A DNA stretch of 64,000 nucleotides from a bacterium. GTDB taxonomy: Bacteria > Bacteroidota > Bacteroidia > Bacteroidales > F082. The stretch spans positions 19,576 to 83,575 of the forward strand of contig BTTE01000002.1 in the NCBI GenBank assembly GCA_036244975.1. The letters run 5' to 3'. Within the stretch, counting starts at the first letter, position 1; each line of letters opens with the position of its first letter. Positions 38,799 through 47,952 of the stretch are shown one piece after another. The notes below the pieces were generated by a model. It made no database searches. It was not told where the DNA came from and worked only from the letters and a program-made list of their open reading frames with translations. Position numbers and translations under genes: made by a program.

Positions 38799-40143
38799 AA
38801 AGTTCAGATTCCAGATTGTCTTACGCATACTGTTGCTTACCATCACTTTGTTGCTGATATTCTCGTTCTACCGGGAGTCGGCCTACCGGATAAGCACCAT
38901 CATCCTCGGTGTACTGTTTGTAGCGCAGGTCATTTTTCTCATTCGCTTTACCGAACAGACCAACCGGAAACTGGCGCATTTTTTTTCCTCTATCCGGAAT
39001 TCTGATTTTATGGGCTCATTTGTGGATGACGGGTTGGGCAAAAGTTTTGATGAGCTCAACCGCGAGTTTAATGAGGTAATCGATGCTTTTAAAAAAACCA
39101 AAACCGAAAAAGAAGAAAATTTCAATTATCTGCTTACCGTAATTCAACATGTCAGTATCGGCGTACTGGTTTTTACCCGAAATGGGAAAGTAGATGTTTA
39201 CAACAATGCGGTGAAAAGCCTGTTGCAGGTGAAACATTTGCGTAATATCCGGCAGTTGGCTAATATTTCCGAAGAGCTTAGCACCACACTACTCGAAGCC
39301 AAACCGGGAGAAAAAAAGCTGGTAAAAATATTTGTCGGTAACGAGCTGCTACAGCTCTCCATTCATTCCACCGGGTTTTTGATGCATGGCGAAGAATACC
39401 TGCTCGTGTCTCTGCAGGATATCCATCCGGAGCTGGAACAAAAAGAGGTAGAATCGTGGCAAATGCTTATCCGCGTCCTAACGCACGAAATTATGAACTC
39501 CATTACACCCATCTCCTCACTCGCTTCTACGGTGCAGGATATTTTAAAGAATTTTCAGGAAGAGAAAAAGTCTCTTTCGGAAGACGAGGCTGAAGATATG
39601 GAAAATATCACCAGCGCTATTTCCACCATCGAAAGGCGCAGCAAAGGATTGTTGAGTTTTGTTGATCTTTACCGTAACCTCACGCGGATTCCAAAACCTC
39701 ATTTCCGGTACTTCCCCATAGCCAAACTGTTTCAACGTACGCTGGAGCTTATGGAACCGAAATTTGAGAACCTGAACATTCAGATAAGCACTAAAATATT
39801 TCCGGACGACCTGAAACTTCTGGCTGACCCCGATTTGATGGATCAGGTACTCATCAACCTGTTGCTCAATGCCGTTGATGCTGTTAAAGAGAAAGGAAAC
39901 AGACGAATCAGCCTCATGGCTTCGGTAAATCTGAACAACCGCACCCTGATTGAAATAACTGATAACGGCAGCGGCATAAACCAGGATATTATGGATAAAA
40001 TTTTTATGCCTTTTTTTACCTCCAAAAAAAACGGTTCCGGTATCGGGCTGAGCCTTTCGCGGCAGATTATGCAAATGCACAAAGGCAGTCTTTCGGTACG
40101 CTCCGCGCCTGGAAAGGGCGCTTCTTTCATCCTTGTCTTTTAA
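38788..40143 (+). CDS. sensor histidine kinase (NtrB-like, two N-terminal TM helices)
   Basis: H-box LTHEIMNSITPI and HATPase_c N/G boxes (NLLLNAVDA, DNGSGI, GSGIGLS). The ATG at 38788 overlaps the regulator stop by 11 nt. Confidence 0.88.
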   Translation: MVYKKFRFQIVLRILLLTITLLLIFSFYRESAYRISTIILGVLFVAQVIFLIRFTEQTNRKLAHFFSSIRNSDFMGSFVDDGLGKSFDELNREFNEVIDAFKKTKTEKEENFNYLLTVIQHVSIGVLVFTRNGKVDVYNNAVKSLLQVKHLRNIRQLANISEELSTTLLEAKPGEKKLVKIFVGNELLQLSIHSTGFLMHGEEYLLVSLQDIHPELEQKEVESWQMLIRVLTHEIMNSITPISSLASTVQDILKNFQEEKKSLSEDEAEDMENITSAISTIERRSKGLLSFVDLYRNLTRIPKPHFRYFPIAKLFQRTLELMEPKFENLNIQISTKIFPDDLKLLADPDLMDQVLINLLLNAVDAVKEKGNRRISLMASVNLNNRTLIEITDNGSGINQDIMDKIFMPFFTSKKNGSGIGLSLSRQIMQMHKGSLSVRSAPGKGASFILVF

Positions 40144-40157
40144 TTCTGTCAACGCGC

Positions 40158-40173
40158 TAATTTTGTAATTTTG
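40158..40173 (+). promoter_or_regulatory. tandem -7 promoter boxes (TAATTTTG x2) upstream of the nitroreductase gene
   Basis: Two adjacent exact TAnnTTTG motifs (40158-40165 and 40166-40173), 15-23 nt upstream of the ATG at 40188. Confidence 0.4.
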
Positions 40174-40187
40174 TAAAAAATGTAGAA

Positions 40188-40751
40188 ATGAAAAAACCGG
40201 CCAACACGCATCGCAACATTAGTGAAAATATTAAAAACCGGTGGAGTCCCCGGGCTTTTGACGGTAAACCTGTTGAAGAAGGGAAACTGTTGAGTATTTT
40301 GGAGGCCGGTCGCTGGGCTGCTTCTGCTTTTAACGAACAACCCTGGCGTTTTGCTGTGGGTAAAAAGGGTGATGAAAAGTATAATAAAATCCTTGTCTCT
40401 TTAATTGAATGGAACCAACAGTGGGCCGGTAAAGCGCCAGTTTTGATTTTAAACCTCACCAAAAAGACTTTCACCCGTAACGGAAAACCCAATGCCACTG
40501 CCCTGTACGACTTGGGGCAGGCTGTGGCAGGCGTGGCTATTGAAGCTGTAAATCAGGGACTTGTGAGTCATCAAATGAGCGGATTTGATGCGGAAAAAGC
40601 AAGAACTTCACTCGGTATTCCTGATGATTTTCAGGCTGTTTCGGTGATGGCACTTGGCTACTATGGTGTTGCGGAAGAACTTTCTGAGGATATGCAGCAA
40701 ATGGAGATATCAGCCCGCGAGCGGAAAGCAGGGGAAGATTTACTTTTTTAA
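40188..40751 (+). CDS. nitroreductase family protein
   Basis: 187 aa. N-terminal motif NRWSPRAFDGKPV...AASAFNEQPWRF is typical of the nitroreductase fold. Confidence 0.85.
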   Translation: MKKPANTHRNISENIKNRWSPRAFDGKPVEEGKLLSILEAGRWAASAFNEQPWRFAVGKKGDEKYNKILVSLIEWNQQWAGKAPVLILNLTKKTFTRNGKPNATALYDLGQAVAGVAIEAVNQGLVSHQMSGFDAEKARTSLGIPDDFQAVSVMALGYYGVAEELSEDMQQMEISARERKAGEDLLF

Positions 40752-40753
40752 AA

Positions 40754-41764
40754 ATGAAAAGAATGAAAGTTAAACTGCTATTTGTTTTTAGTCTTATCGC
40801 CGCTATTTCTCTGGTTTCCTGTGGTGAAAACAGCCGGTCGGCACAAACCCGTAAAGAAAAATCTGTGAAAAAAACGGTTTCTATTCCTAATTTCAACCAG
40901 GATTCAGCTTATGCTTATACTGCTGCTCAGGTAGCTTTCGGACCACGGGTACCGGGAACACCTGCACATGCTGCCTGTGAAAAATGGATTATCCGTAAAT
41001 TGAAATCGTTTGCCGACACGGTTTATGTGCAAAAGTTCAAAGCCCGTACCTATGATGGCGTGTTGCGAAGCGGGGAAAACATCATCGGCTCGTTTTTTCC
41101 TGATTACCAAAACCGTGTCCTGCTCATGGCACATTGGGATTCGCGTCCTTTTGCCGACCAAGACCCGGACAAAACGAAATGGAACACCCCCATTATGGCG
41201 GCCAACGATGGCGCCAGCGGCGTGGGCGTCTTGCTGGAGATGGCACGTGAGTTTCACCTGCACCATACCAATGTAGGCATAGACATTGTCCTTTTCGATT
41301 TGGAAGACTGGGGACCGCCGGCATACCTGCACTTGCAGGGAAAAGAAAATTCCTGGGCGCTTGGCGCTCAATATTGGGCAAAACATCCGCAAGTTCCTGG
41401 TTATTCCGCTACTTTTGGCGTCCTGCTCGACATGGTGGGCGCAAAAGATGCTACTTTTCTGAAAGAGTATTACTCTCGCCAGTATGCACGCTATTACGTT
41501 AACTTAATCTGGAAAACCGCGAGAGGGCTGGGTTACGACAATTATTTCCCTAACCGGGATGGCTATCCTATCGATGATGATCACCTTTATGTAAATAAAA
41601 TTGCGGGAATCCCTTCGGTGGACATCATCCAGCTTGATCCGGACAGCCCCAACGGTACTTTCTGGAAATACTGGCACACCACCGGCGATACTATGGACAA
41701 AATCAACAAAGAAACACTGAAAGCAGTGGGGCAGGTTTTGCTGACTGTGATTTACGGGATGTAA
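40754..41764 (+). CDS. M28 family peptidase-like glutaminyl-peptide cyclotransferase, lipoprotein
   Basis: 336 aa. Lipobox LVSC. M28 metal-ligand context AHWDSRPFAD and VLFDLEDWG. Size and motifs match Bacteroidota mammalian-type glutaminyl cyclases. Confidence 0.7.
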   Translation: MKRMKVKLLFVFSLIAAISLVSCGENSRSAQTRKEKSVKKTVSIPNFNQDSAYAYTAAQVAFGPRVPGTPAHAACEKWIIRKLKSFADTVYVQKFKARTYDGVLRSGENIIGSFFPDYQNRVLLMAHWDSRPFADQDPDKTKWNTPIMAANDGASGVGVLLEMAREFHLHHTNVGIDIVLFDLEDWGPPAYLHLQGKENSWALGAQYWAKHPQVPGYSATFGVLLDMVGAKDATFLKEYYSRQYARYYVNLIWKTARGLGYDNYFPNRDGYPIDDDHLYVNKIAGIPSVDIIQLDPDSPNGTFWKYWHTTGDTMDKINKETLKAVGQVLLTVIYGM

Positions 41765-41900
41765 AGTGTCAGTACTCTGCTTCGCTTCGCTGTTATTCAA
41801 TCGCCAAACGGTTGTCAATCAATTGTCGAACAATGGTCAGGCATATTGTCTCCATTTCGCAACTTCGCAATTTTGCTTCGTCACTCCGTCCTTTTCGTAA
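41765..41900. repeat. short-word repeat tract downstream of the glutaminyl cyclase gene
   Basis: Contains CTTCGCTTCGC, TGTTATTCAATCGCCAAACGGTTGTCA (24 of 27 identical to 46257-46283), CAATTGTC, CAATGGTCA and TTCGCAACTTCGCAA (41856-41870). Confidence 0.75.
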
Positions 41901-42018
41901 TCTATAATCATTAAAAATTCTTATTTTTTCTTAAAAATTAGTATGCATGCGTAATATTTTAAGGATTTTTACCGATATTTGTGCAAAATAAAAAAGATAA
42001 CTATAAAAGATATATATC

Positions 42019-42756
42019 ATGAAAATTCTGGTATTGATTAGTAATGTACCTGATACGACAACAAAAATCAGGTTTACCGGGGACAACAAAGCCTTTGATA
42101 CCACTGGCGTTCAGTGGATTATCAATCCATGGGACGAACTGGCACTGACCCGCGCAATGGAACTTAAAGAGGCCGGGGGAGTGGAAAAAATAACGGTAGC
42201 CAACGTGGGCGCCAAAATTACCGAACCGACCTTGCGTAAAGCACTTGCCGTGGGCGCTGATGACGCCATCCGCATTGATGCTGTGCCTATAGATGCTTAT
42301 TTTGTCGCCGCTCAGCTGGCACAGGTAGCCAAAGATTACGACCTTATTCTCGCAGGTATTGAAGCTTCCGACTACAATGGTGTCGGTGTTGGCGGTATGT
42401 TGGCAGAAATATTGGGAATGAACTCTGTATCGGCTGTTTCGGGCATTGATATCGAAAACGGTGAATTAAAAATCCATCGCGATATTGATGGTGGTTCGCA
42501 GATGTTGAGTGTGCCTGCTCCGCTGGTGGCCATTGTTCAAAAAGGAATTGCTATTGACCCGCGAATTCCGGCAATGCGTGGCATTATGATGGCGCGTAAA
42601 AAACCGCTGAACGTTGTGGCTCCCATAGATGCTGAAGCCAGAACTGAGTTTTTGTCCTACGAACTACCGGCTTCTAAAGCGGCCTGTAAGATGGTGGAGG
42701 AAGACAATGCAAAAGAGTTGATCAGACTTTTACATGAAGAAGCCAAGGTGTTGTAA
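42019..42756 (+). CDS. etfB: electron transfer flavoprotein subunit beta
   Basis: 245 aa. MKILVLISNVPDTTTKIRF... and INPWDELALTRA are typical of EtfB. Confidence 0.93.
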   Translation: MKILVLISNVPDTTTKIRFTGDNKAFDTTGVQWIINPWDELALTRAMELKEAGGVEKITVANVGAKITEPTLRKALAVGADDAIRIDAVPIDAYFVAAQLAQVAKDYDLILAGIEASDYNGVGVGGMLAEILGMNSVSAVSGIDIENGELKIHRDIDGGSQMLSVPAPLVAIVQKGIAIDPRIPAMRGIMMARKKPLNVVAPIDAEARTEFLSYELPASKAACKMVEEDNAKELIRLLHEEAKVL

Positions 42757-42786
42757 TTCAATTTTTAACCTTTAAAAACCAGAAAA

Positions 42787-43761
42787 ATGTCAATATTAGT
42801 ATATACAGAAAACTGGGCTGGTAAATTTAAAAAACTCAGCTACGAAATTGTTTCTTTTGCTGCCGCTATTGCAAAAGAGATGGGAAGCAGTGTAACCGCC
42901 CTCTCCATTGGCCATGTGGCTGATGACGAACTGAAATCTTTGGGGAAATACGGCGCCAACAAAGTGCTGAACGTGCAGGACGACCGTTTTGAGTCGCTGG
43001 ACAACAAAGCGCTGGCCGATGCCGTTGCCAAAGCTGCCGAAAGTGAAGGCGCCAAAGTGATTATTTTTGCGCACAACAATGAAGGGAAAGCCATTGCTCC
43101 CCGTGTATCCGTGAAACTCAATGCCGGGTTGGTTTCCGGTGTTACCGGACTTCCCGTGAGTGTTGACCCGTTTGTGATTCGTAAAAAAGTGTTCACAGGC
43201 AAGGCTTTTGCCAACATCCAAATCAAAACAGAGGTAAAGGTTATCACTTTTGCCCAAAACTCGTATGAGGTGGCTGATAACCCGGCGGATACAGTCCTTG
43301 AAGTTTTTGACCCGCAGATTGGTGATGACGAATTCAACACGGTCATTAAAGATACCCACAAAATTACAGGAAAAGTGTTGCTCACCGATGCCGAAATTGT
43401 TGTTTCGGGTGGTCGGGGCATGAAAGGTCCGGAAAACTGGGGCGGTCTGGAAGAACTGGGCGAATTGCTCGGAGCCGGAATGGCCTGTTCACGTCCGGTT
43501 TCAGATGAAGGCTGGCGTTCACATGAAGAGCATGTGGGACAAACCGGGAAAATCATTGCTCCGAACCTGTACATAGCTTTTGGTATTTCGGGGGCTATTC
43601 AGCATCTTGGCGGAGTTAACTCCTCAAAATTCATTGTAGCCATCAACAAGGATCCGGAAGCACCTATCTTCGAAGCTTCCGATTATGGCATTGTCGGCGA
43701 TGCTTTTAAAGTGATTCCCCAGCTTATTGAGGCTGTTAAAGAGATGAAAGCAAACAAATAG
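42787..43761 (+). CDS. etfA: electron transfer flavoprotein subunit alpha
   Basis: 324 aa. FAD-binding C-terminal region (VVSGGRG...ACSRPVSDEGW...QVGQTGKIIAPNLYIAFGISGAIQH). Confidence 0.93.
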   Translation: MSILVYTENWAGKFKKLSYEIVSFAAAIAKEMGSSVTALSIGHVADDELKSLGKYGANKVLNVQDDRFESLDNKALADAVAKAAESEGAKVIIFAHNNEGKAIAPRVSVKLNAGLVSGVTGLPVSVDPFVIRKKVFTGKAFANIQIKTEVKVITFAQNSYEVADNPADTVLEVFDPQIGDDEFNTVIKDTHKITGKVLLTDAEIVVSGGRGMKGPENWGGLEELGELLGAGMACSRPVSDEGWRSHEEHVGQTGKIIAPNLYIAFGISGAIQHLGGVNSSKFIVAINKDPEAPIFEASDYGIVGDAFKVIPQLIEAVKEMKANK

Positions 43762-43882
43762 TGGCTATAAGAAAACGCCAATCTCTTCGTTGGCCTTGAA
43801 CTGCCATTCAGTCATTTACGCAAGTAAACTCCTGAATGTCAGTACTACGTCCGCCTCGACCTTGACGTTTTTTATACACCAC
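43761..43882 (+). repeat. structured intergenic element, copy E1 (122 nt) in the etfA 3' UTR
   Basis: Imperfect terminal inverted repeats GTGGCTATAAGAAAACGCCAA / TTGACGTTTTTTATACACCAC. Internal hairpin 43801-43842 carries a GCAA tetraloop. It shares AGAA.ACG..AA...TTCG..GGC.TT at the 5' end and TTGACGTTTT at the 3' end with E2. It lies between the etfA stop and the terminator at 43945. Confidence 0.6.
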
Positions 43883-43944
43883 TTTAAAAAAAATTGCGTT
43901 TTCCTATAGACATAAAGTAGTAAATTGTCTTTCCAATCATTCGA

Positions 43945-43977
43945 GCCGGCGGGGAGTTTTCTTTGCCGGTTTTTTTA
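43945..43977 (+). terminator. intrinsic terminator of the etfBA transcript
   Basis: Stem CCGGC / GCCGG (43946-43950 / 43965-43969) followed by TTTTTTT. Confidence 0.6.
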
Positions 43978-43983
43978 TGGCAC

Positions 43984-44016
43984 AAAAAAGCCGGAACAAC
44001 CTGCTTTGCTCCGGCT
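43984..44016 (-). terminator. intrinsic terminator downstream of the acyl-CoA dehydrogenase gene
   Basis: Stem AGCCGGA / TCCGGCT followed, on the minus strand, by TTTTTT (complement of 43984-43989). Confidence 0.7.
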
Positions 44017-44038
44017 TCTGTATTATAAAAATAACGAA

Positions 44039-45181
44039 TCAGTTTTTCGCAAGGCTTCTCGAAATAATAACTTTCTGAATCTCGGAAGTGCCTTCGTAAA
44101 TTTGTGTCAGCTTAGCCTCACGCATGAAACGCTCCACATGATATTCTTTCACGTAACCATAACCACCGTGGATTTGTACCGCTTCGGTGGTAACTTCCAT
44201 AGCCATATCGGCAGCATACTGTTTGGCCATGGCACTGGCCACAGTGATGGGTTTGTGATGATCTTTCAGCCAGGCAGCTTTCAGACAAAGGTTACGGGCG
44301 TTTTCAATTTTCACAGCCATGTCACTCAGCTTAAATGCAATAGCCTGATGGTTAATAATTTCGGTACCAAAGGCTTTCCGCTCTTTGGAATAAGCCAGCG
44401 CTCTTTCAAAAGCACCCGAAGCAATACCCAACGCTTGTGAAGCAATGCCGATACGACCCGCTTCGAGCACCATCATGGCAAATTTAAAGCCAAAACCATC
44501 TTCACCAATCCGGTTTTCTTTAGGAACTTTTACGTCGGCAAACATAACCGAATGCGTATCGGAACTGCGCATCCCCATTTTGTTTTCATGTGGGCCTATC
44601 GTGATACCGGGGGTATCCTTTTCCATAATAAAAGAGTTGATCCCATGCGATTTTTTCTCGGGATGGGTTTGTGCCATTACAATGTAAGTGGAAGCTGATC
44701 CACCGTTGGTAATCCAGTTTTTGGTTCCGTTCAGAAGATAATAATCGCCTTTGTCTTCAGCTGAAGTGTATTGATGAGTAGCATCCGAGCCGGCTTCCGG
44801 TTCCGACAAAAGGAAAGCTCCGATAACCTCACCACGGGCAAGAGGGCGCAGATATTTCTGCTTTTGCTCTTCGTTGCCAAAACGGTTCAATCCATAACAA
44901 ACCAGTGAGTTATTTACAGACATAATCACTGCTACGGAAGCATCGACTTTAGCAATTTCTTCCATCGCCAACACGTAGGAAATAGAATCCATGCCCCCTC
45001 CATCATATTCCGGCGATACCATCATTCCCAAAAAACCAAGTTCGGCAAGATTTTTGATGTGGCGGACAGGAAATTCAGCTTTTTCTTCTCTTTCCAGAAC
45101 ATCCTGAGACAGTTCACGCTGGGCATAATCCCTCGCAGCCTGCTGTATCATTAGCTGCTCTTCGGTAAATTCAAAATTCAT
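44039..45181 (-). CDS. acyl-CoA dehydrogenase
   Basis: The ATG at 45181 gives MNFEFTEEQLMIQQAARDYA. C-terminus QIYEGTSEIQ. Classic ACAD family member next to etfBA. The upstream part of the 45307 ORF has no ACAD similarity. Confidence 0.92.
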   Translation of the reverse strand: MNFEFTEEQLMIQQAARDYAQRELSQDVLEREEKAEFPVRHIKNLAELGFLGMMVSPEYDGGGMDSISYVLAMEEIAKVDASVAVIMSVNNSLVCYGLNRFGNEEQKQKYLRPLARGEVIGAFLLSEPEAGSDATHQYTSAEDKGDYYLLNGTKNWITNGGSASTYIVMAQTHPEKKSHGINSFIMEKDTPGITIGPHENKMGMRSSDTHSVMFADVKVPKENRIGEDGFGFKFAMMVLEAGRIGIASQALGIASGAFERALAYSKERKAFGTEIINHQAIAFKLSDMAVKIENARNLCLKAAWLKDHHKPITVASAMAKQYAADMAMEVTTEAVQIHGGYGYVKEYHVERFMREAKLTQIYEGTSEIQKVIISRSLAKN

Positions 45182-45290
45182 GATAATATTTTTGTTTAAA
45201 CTGTAATTGTCTGCTGGCAAAAGTAGGGAATAATTGTTTTGAACATATTCTAAATATGAAGCAGTATTGTAGCGGTTTTCAGTCGGCGAT

Positions 45291-46235
45291 TTATAGTTTG
45301 TAACCACTCATTTTTTTGGCCGTTCGGTTATATTCCATTACCAGTTCCTGCATGATTTGACTTACCGGTTTCACGGTATTAATCATTCCGGATACCTGTC
45401 CGATTTCCAGTTCTCCTTCCGTAATATCTCCTTCGAACATCCCTTTTTTGGCCCGGCCTTTCCCCAGTAGTTCGACCAATTCTTCTTTTGTAGTACCGGA
45501 GAGCTCCGCCTGATGGATGTTCTCGAAAAAAGGATTACGAAGCATGCGAACCGGAACAAGTTGTTTCAGCGACAGGTACGTTTCTCCATCACCGGCATCC
45601 ACAATTTTCTGTTTAAATGCTTCATGCGCTGACGATTCTGCCGAGGCTGCAAAAAGACTTCCTATTTGAACGCCGGCAGCGCCTAATGCTATGGCTGCAT
45701 AGATAGCTGCTCCCGAGCCAATTCCGCCGGCAGCGATTATCGGAATGTGCACAACATCGCGAAGCATTTGGAGTAAAACCAGTGTGGTCGTTTCTTCAAA
45801 ACCATTGTGCCCGCCGGCTTCAAAACCTTCGGCAACGATGGCATCGACACCGGCCTCCTGTGCTTTCAACGCAAATTTTTTGCTGGCAATCACATGCACC
45901 ACCGTTATTCCCTTTTCTTTCAAAAATGCAGTGTATTTTTTTGGATTTCCGGCTGAGATAAAAACAATCTTAACTCCTTCATGCACAATGATTTCCATGA
46001 TTTCATCCGTTTGGGGATAAAGTAATGGAACGTTCACGCCGAAAGGATGTGGAGTTGCCTGTTTGCATCTTCTGATATGCTGTTCCAGCGTCTCCGGATG
46101 CATGGAGCCTGCACCGATAAGCCCGAGTCCCCCGGCATTGCTCACCGCTGATGCCAGTTTCCAGCCACTGCACCAAATCATGCCGCCCTGGATAATGGGG
46201 TATTTTGTGTGAAATAATGTTGTGATATTTTTCAT
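45291..46235 (-). CDS. NAD(P)H-dependent flavin oxidoreductase (nitronate monooxygenase / FabK-like)
   Basis: 314 aa. N-terminus YPIIQGGMIWCSGWKLASAVSNAGGLGLIG, then the AAGGIGSG FMN-binding region. Confidence 0.85.
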   Translation of the reverse strand: MKNITTLFHTKYPIIQGGMIWCSGWKLASAVSNAGGLGLIGAGSMHPETLEQHIRRCKQATPHPFGVNVPLLYPQTDEIMEIIVHEGVKIVFISAGNPKKYTAFLKEKGITVVHVIASKKFALKAQEAGVDAIVAEGFEAGGHNGFEETTTLVLLQMLRDVVHIPIIAAGGIGSGAAIYAAIALGAAGVQIGSLFAASAESSAHEAFKQKIVDAGDGETYLSLKQLVPVRMLRNPFFENIHQAELSGTTKEELVELLGKGRAKKGMFEGDITEGELEIGQVSGMINTVKPVSQIMQELVMEYNRTAKKMSGYKL

Positions 46236-46254
46236 GATTTTTGGATGTTATTTA

Positions 46255-46345
46255 GTTGTTATTCAATGGTCAAACAGTTGTCAGACGGTTGAATGACAGC
46301 GCAGCGAATGACAACTGTCTGACGTGCGCAGCGCCTGACCACTTA
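46255..46345. repeat. short-word repeat tract between the elbB and NMO-like genes
   Basis: 46289-46314 (TTGAATGACAGCGCAGCGAATGACAA) is an exact 26-nt inverted match to 15509-15534. 46257-46283 matches 41791-41817. An internal 8-bp inverted repeat CAGTTGTC / GACAACTG is present. Confidence 0.8.
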
Positions 46346-46371
46346 ATTCACTCTTTTTTCAACTAAATTTT

Positions 46372-47034
46372 CTACCCCTTCACCATCTTTTTCATCATCT
46401 CCTTAACTACCAGGCTGGCATCTTCTTTAATGTCAAGAATAGTTGCGTCAAGCATGTAACAAGGCGTTGTGAAAACATTGTATTTATGGTCGTGCACCAC
46501 TTGCCCGTGCGTAGTTACTACATGTTTGCCACCCATTTTTTCGATGGCTTTTACGGTTCCGGGGTCATTTCCTATGGTTACTTCCACGCCCTGAATCACG
46601 CGTGCCACCACCGCCGGAGCAATACACAAGGCACCAATGGGCTTATGCAGGGCCAGCATTTGTTTAATGGAGTCTTCCACTTCCGGGTTGACGGTTGCAT
46701 CGGCGCCATCAAAAGCTACGGTGCTCAGGTTTTTGGCAGCCCCGAAGCCTCCCGGAAAAATCAGCGCATCAAAACCGGCAGCTTTGAATTCGCTCAACGG
46801 TTTGATATCGCCGCGGGCAATTCGCGCCGACTCCACCAGCACATTCCGGCTCTCGTCCGTTGCCTCCCCTGTGAGGTGGTTAACCACATGATACTGCGGA
46901 ATATCCGGTGCAAAACATTGATATACAGCCCCTTCCTCCAAAATTGACAATAGTGTCATGGTAGATTCATGAATTTCAGCACCATCGTAAACACCACATC
47001 CCGACAGCACTACGGCAAATTTTTTCTTTTCCAT
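46372..47034 (-). CDS. elbB: isoprenoid biosynthesis glyoxalase ElbB (DJ-1/PfpI superfamily)
   Basis: 220 aa. KFAVVLSGCGVYDGAEIHES and PIGALCIAP (nucleophile-elbow Cys) are typical of ElbB. Confidence 0.85.
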   Translation of the reverse strand: MEKKKFAVVLSGCGVYDGAEIHESTMTLLSILEEGAVYQCFAPDIPQYHVVNHLTGEATDESRNVLVESARIARGDIKPLSEFKAAGFDALIFPGGFGAAKNLSTVAFDGADATVNPEVEDSIKQMLALHKPIGALCIAPAVVARVIQGVEVTIGNDPGTVKAIEKMGGKHVVTTHGQVVHDHKYNVFTTPCYMLDATILDIKEDASLVVKEMMKKMVKG

Positions 47035-47282
47035 GATAATATTTTTTTAGTCGTTTCTTGTGCGAAATTACTAAAATATGAGGTTACCGAATGTGCTTGT
47101 TCCCAATAGAGATTGTATTAATTTTTTTGATGGCTGCAGGGTACTTTTGGACCTTCCGTAGTTCTCGTTTAGCACACAAATCTGTTTAACATATACCGGT
47201 AATTATAATTTACTATTATTGTTTATCATTTAAAATTTATTGAAAAACAATAAAAAAGTATTGACTTTTAATAAAATTCATT

Positions 47283-47290
47283 TATCTTTG
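47283..47290 (+). promoter_or_regulatory. -7 promoter box (TATCTTTG) upstream of the DUF2975 / HTH pair
   Basis: Exact TAnnTTTG, 31 nt upstream of the ATG at 47321. Confidence 0.4.
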
Positions 47291-47320
47291 CCCAAAAATA
47301 ATTTATAAAATATTGACATC

Positions 47321-47950
47321 ATGAAAACAAAAAAAGCACCGTTAAGTATTCGGATCATTTATTGGATAACCAACATTTCCCTTGGACTGCTGGCACTTGT
47401 TATTATAGCATCTCTTGTGTTTAATGTTCTTTTATATACCGATTTCTTCGGAAACAACATGCAATTGCATATTCAGTTGCCTGTTAAAGTTGATTTTCTG
47501 GAAACCGGCGTTCTTCATTTAAATAACCAGGATACAAAAGTAGAGCTGGTTGATGCCACAACACGAATACATTTTTTTAATACACCTGACTTTATTTCCA
47601 AAAAAGTGGGAATAGTCATTCTTTTGGTTACTTTATTTGCCGGCTACCTTACCTGGATATTCAGAACGTTTATTAAAAATGTAAAAGACGGAGAAATATT
47701 TAACATTAAGAATATCCGCCTGCTCAAAATTCTCGCGTACGGAATAGCGGGTTTTTGGCTTTTTACAGTTATTTATATGCGGATAGCTTATTATTACATA
47801 GCGCAAAATCTTGAATTTACTCATATTCACATTACAAATGATATTCCAAATTATCCCGGTATATTATTTATTGCTTTATTTATTTGGGTTCTGGCACATA
47901 TATTTATTACCGGATTAAAACTACAACAGGAAAAAGAATTAACCATATAG
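47321..47950 (+). CDS. DUF2975-like multi-pass membrane protein
   Basis: 209 aa with four or more hydrophobic helices. It lies immediately upstream of a YozG-type HTH gene, the usual DUF2975 pairing. Confidence 0.6.
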   Translation: MKTKKAPLSIRIIYWITNISLGLLALVIIASLVFNVLLYTDFFGNNMQLHIQLPVKVDFLETGVLHLNNQDTKVELVDATTRIHFFNTPDFISKKVGIVILLVTLFAGYLTWIFRTFIKNVKDGEIFNIKNIRLLKILAYGIAGFWLFTVIYMRIAYYYIAQNLEFTHIHITNDIPNYPGILFIALFIWVLAHIFITGLKLQQEKELTI

Positions 47951-47952
47951 TC

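Noticed and set aside
44039-45307. Longest-ORF starts for several genes (45307 for the acyl-CoA dehydrogenase, 63791 for the GldA-like ATPase, 25850 for the hypothetical, 37365 for the NtrC-like gene, 38713 for the kinase, 47884 for the HTH gene)
   Set aside because: The extensions lack similarity to the respective families and run into neighbouring genes or promoter regions. Internal ATGs give canonical N-termini.
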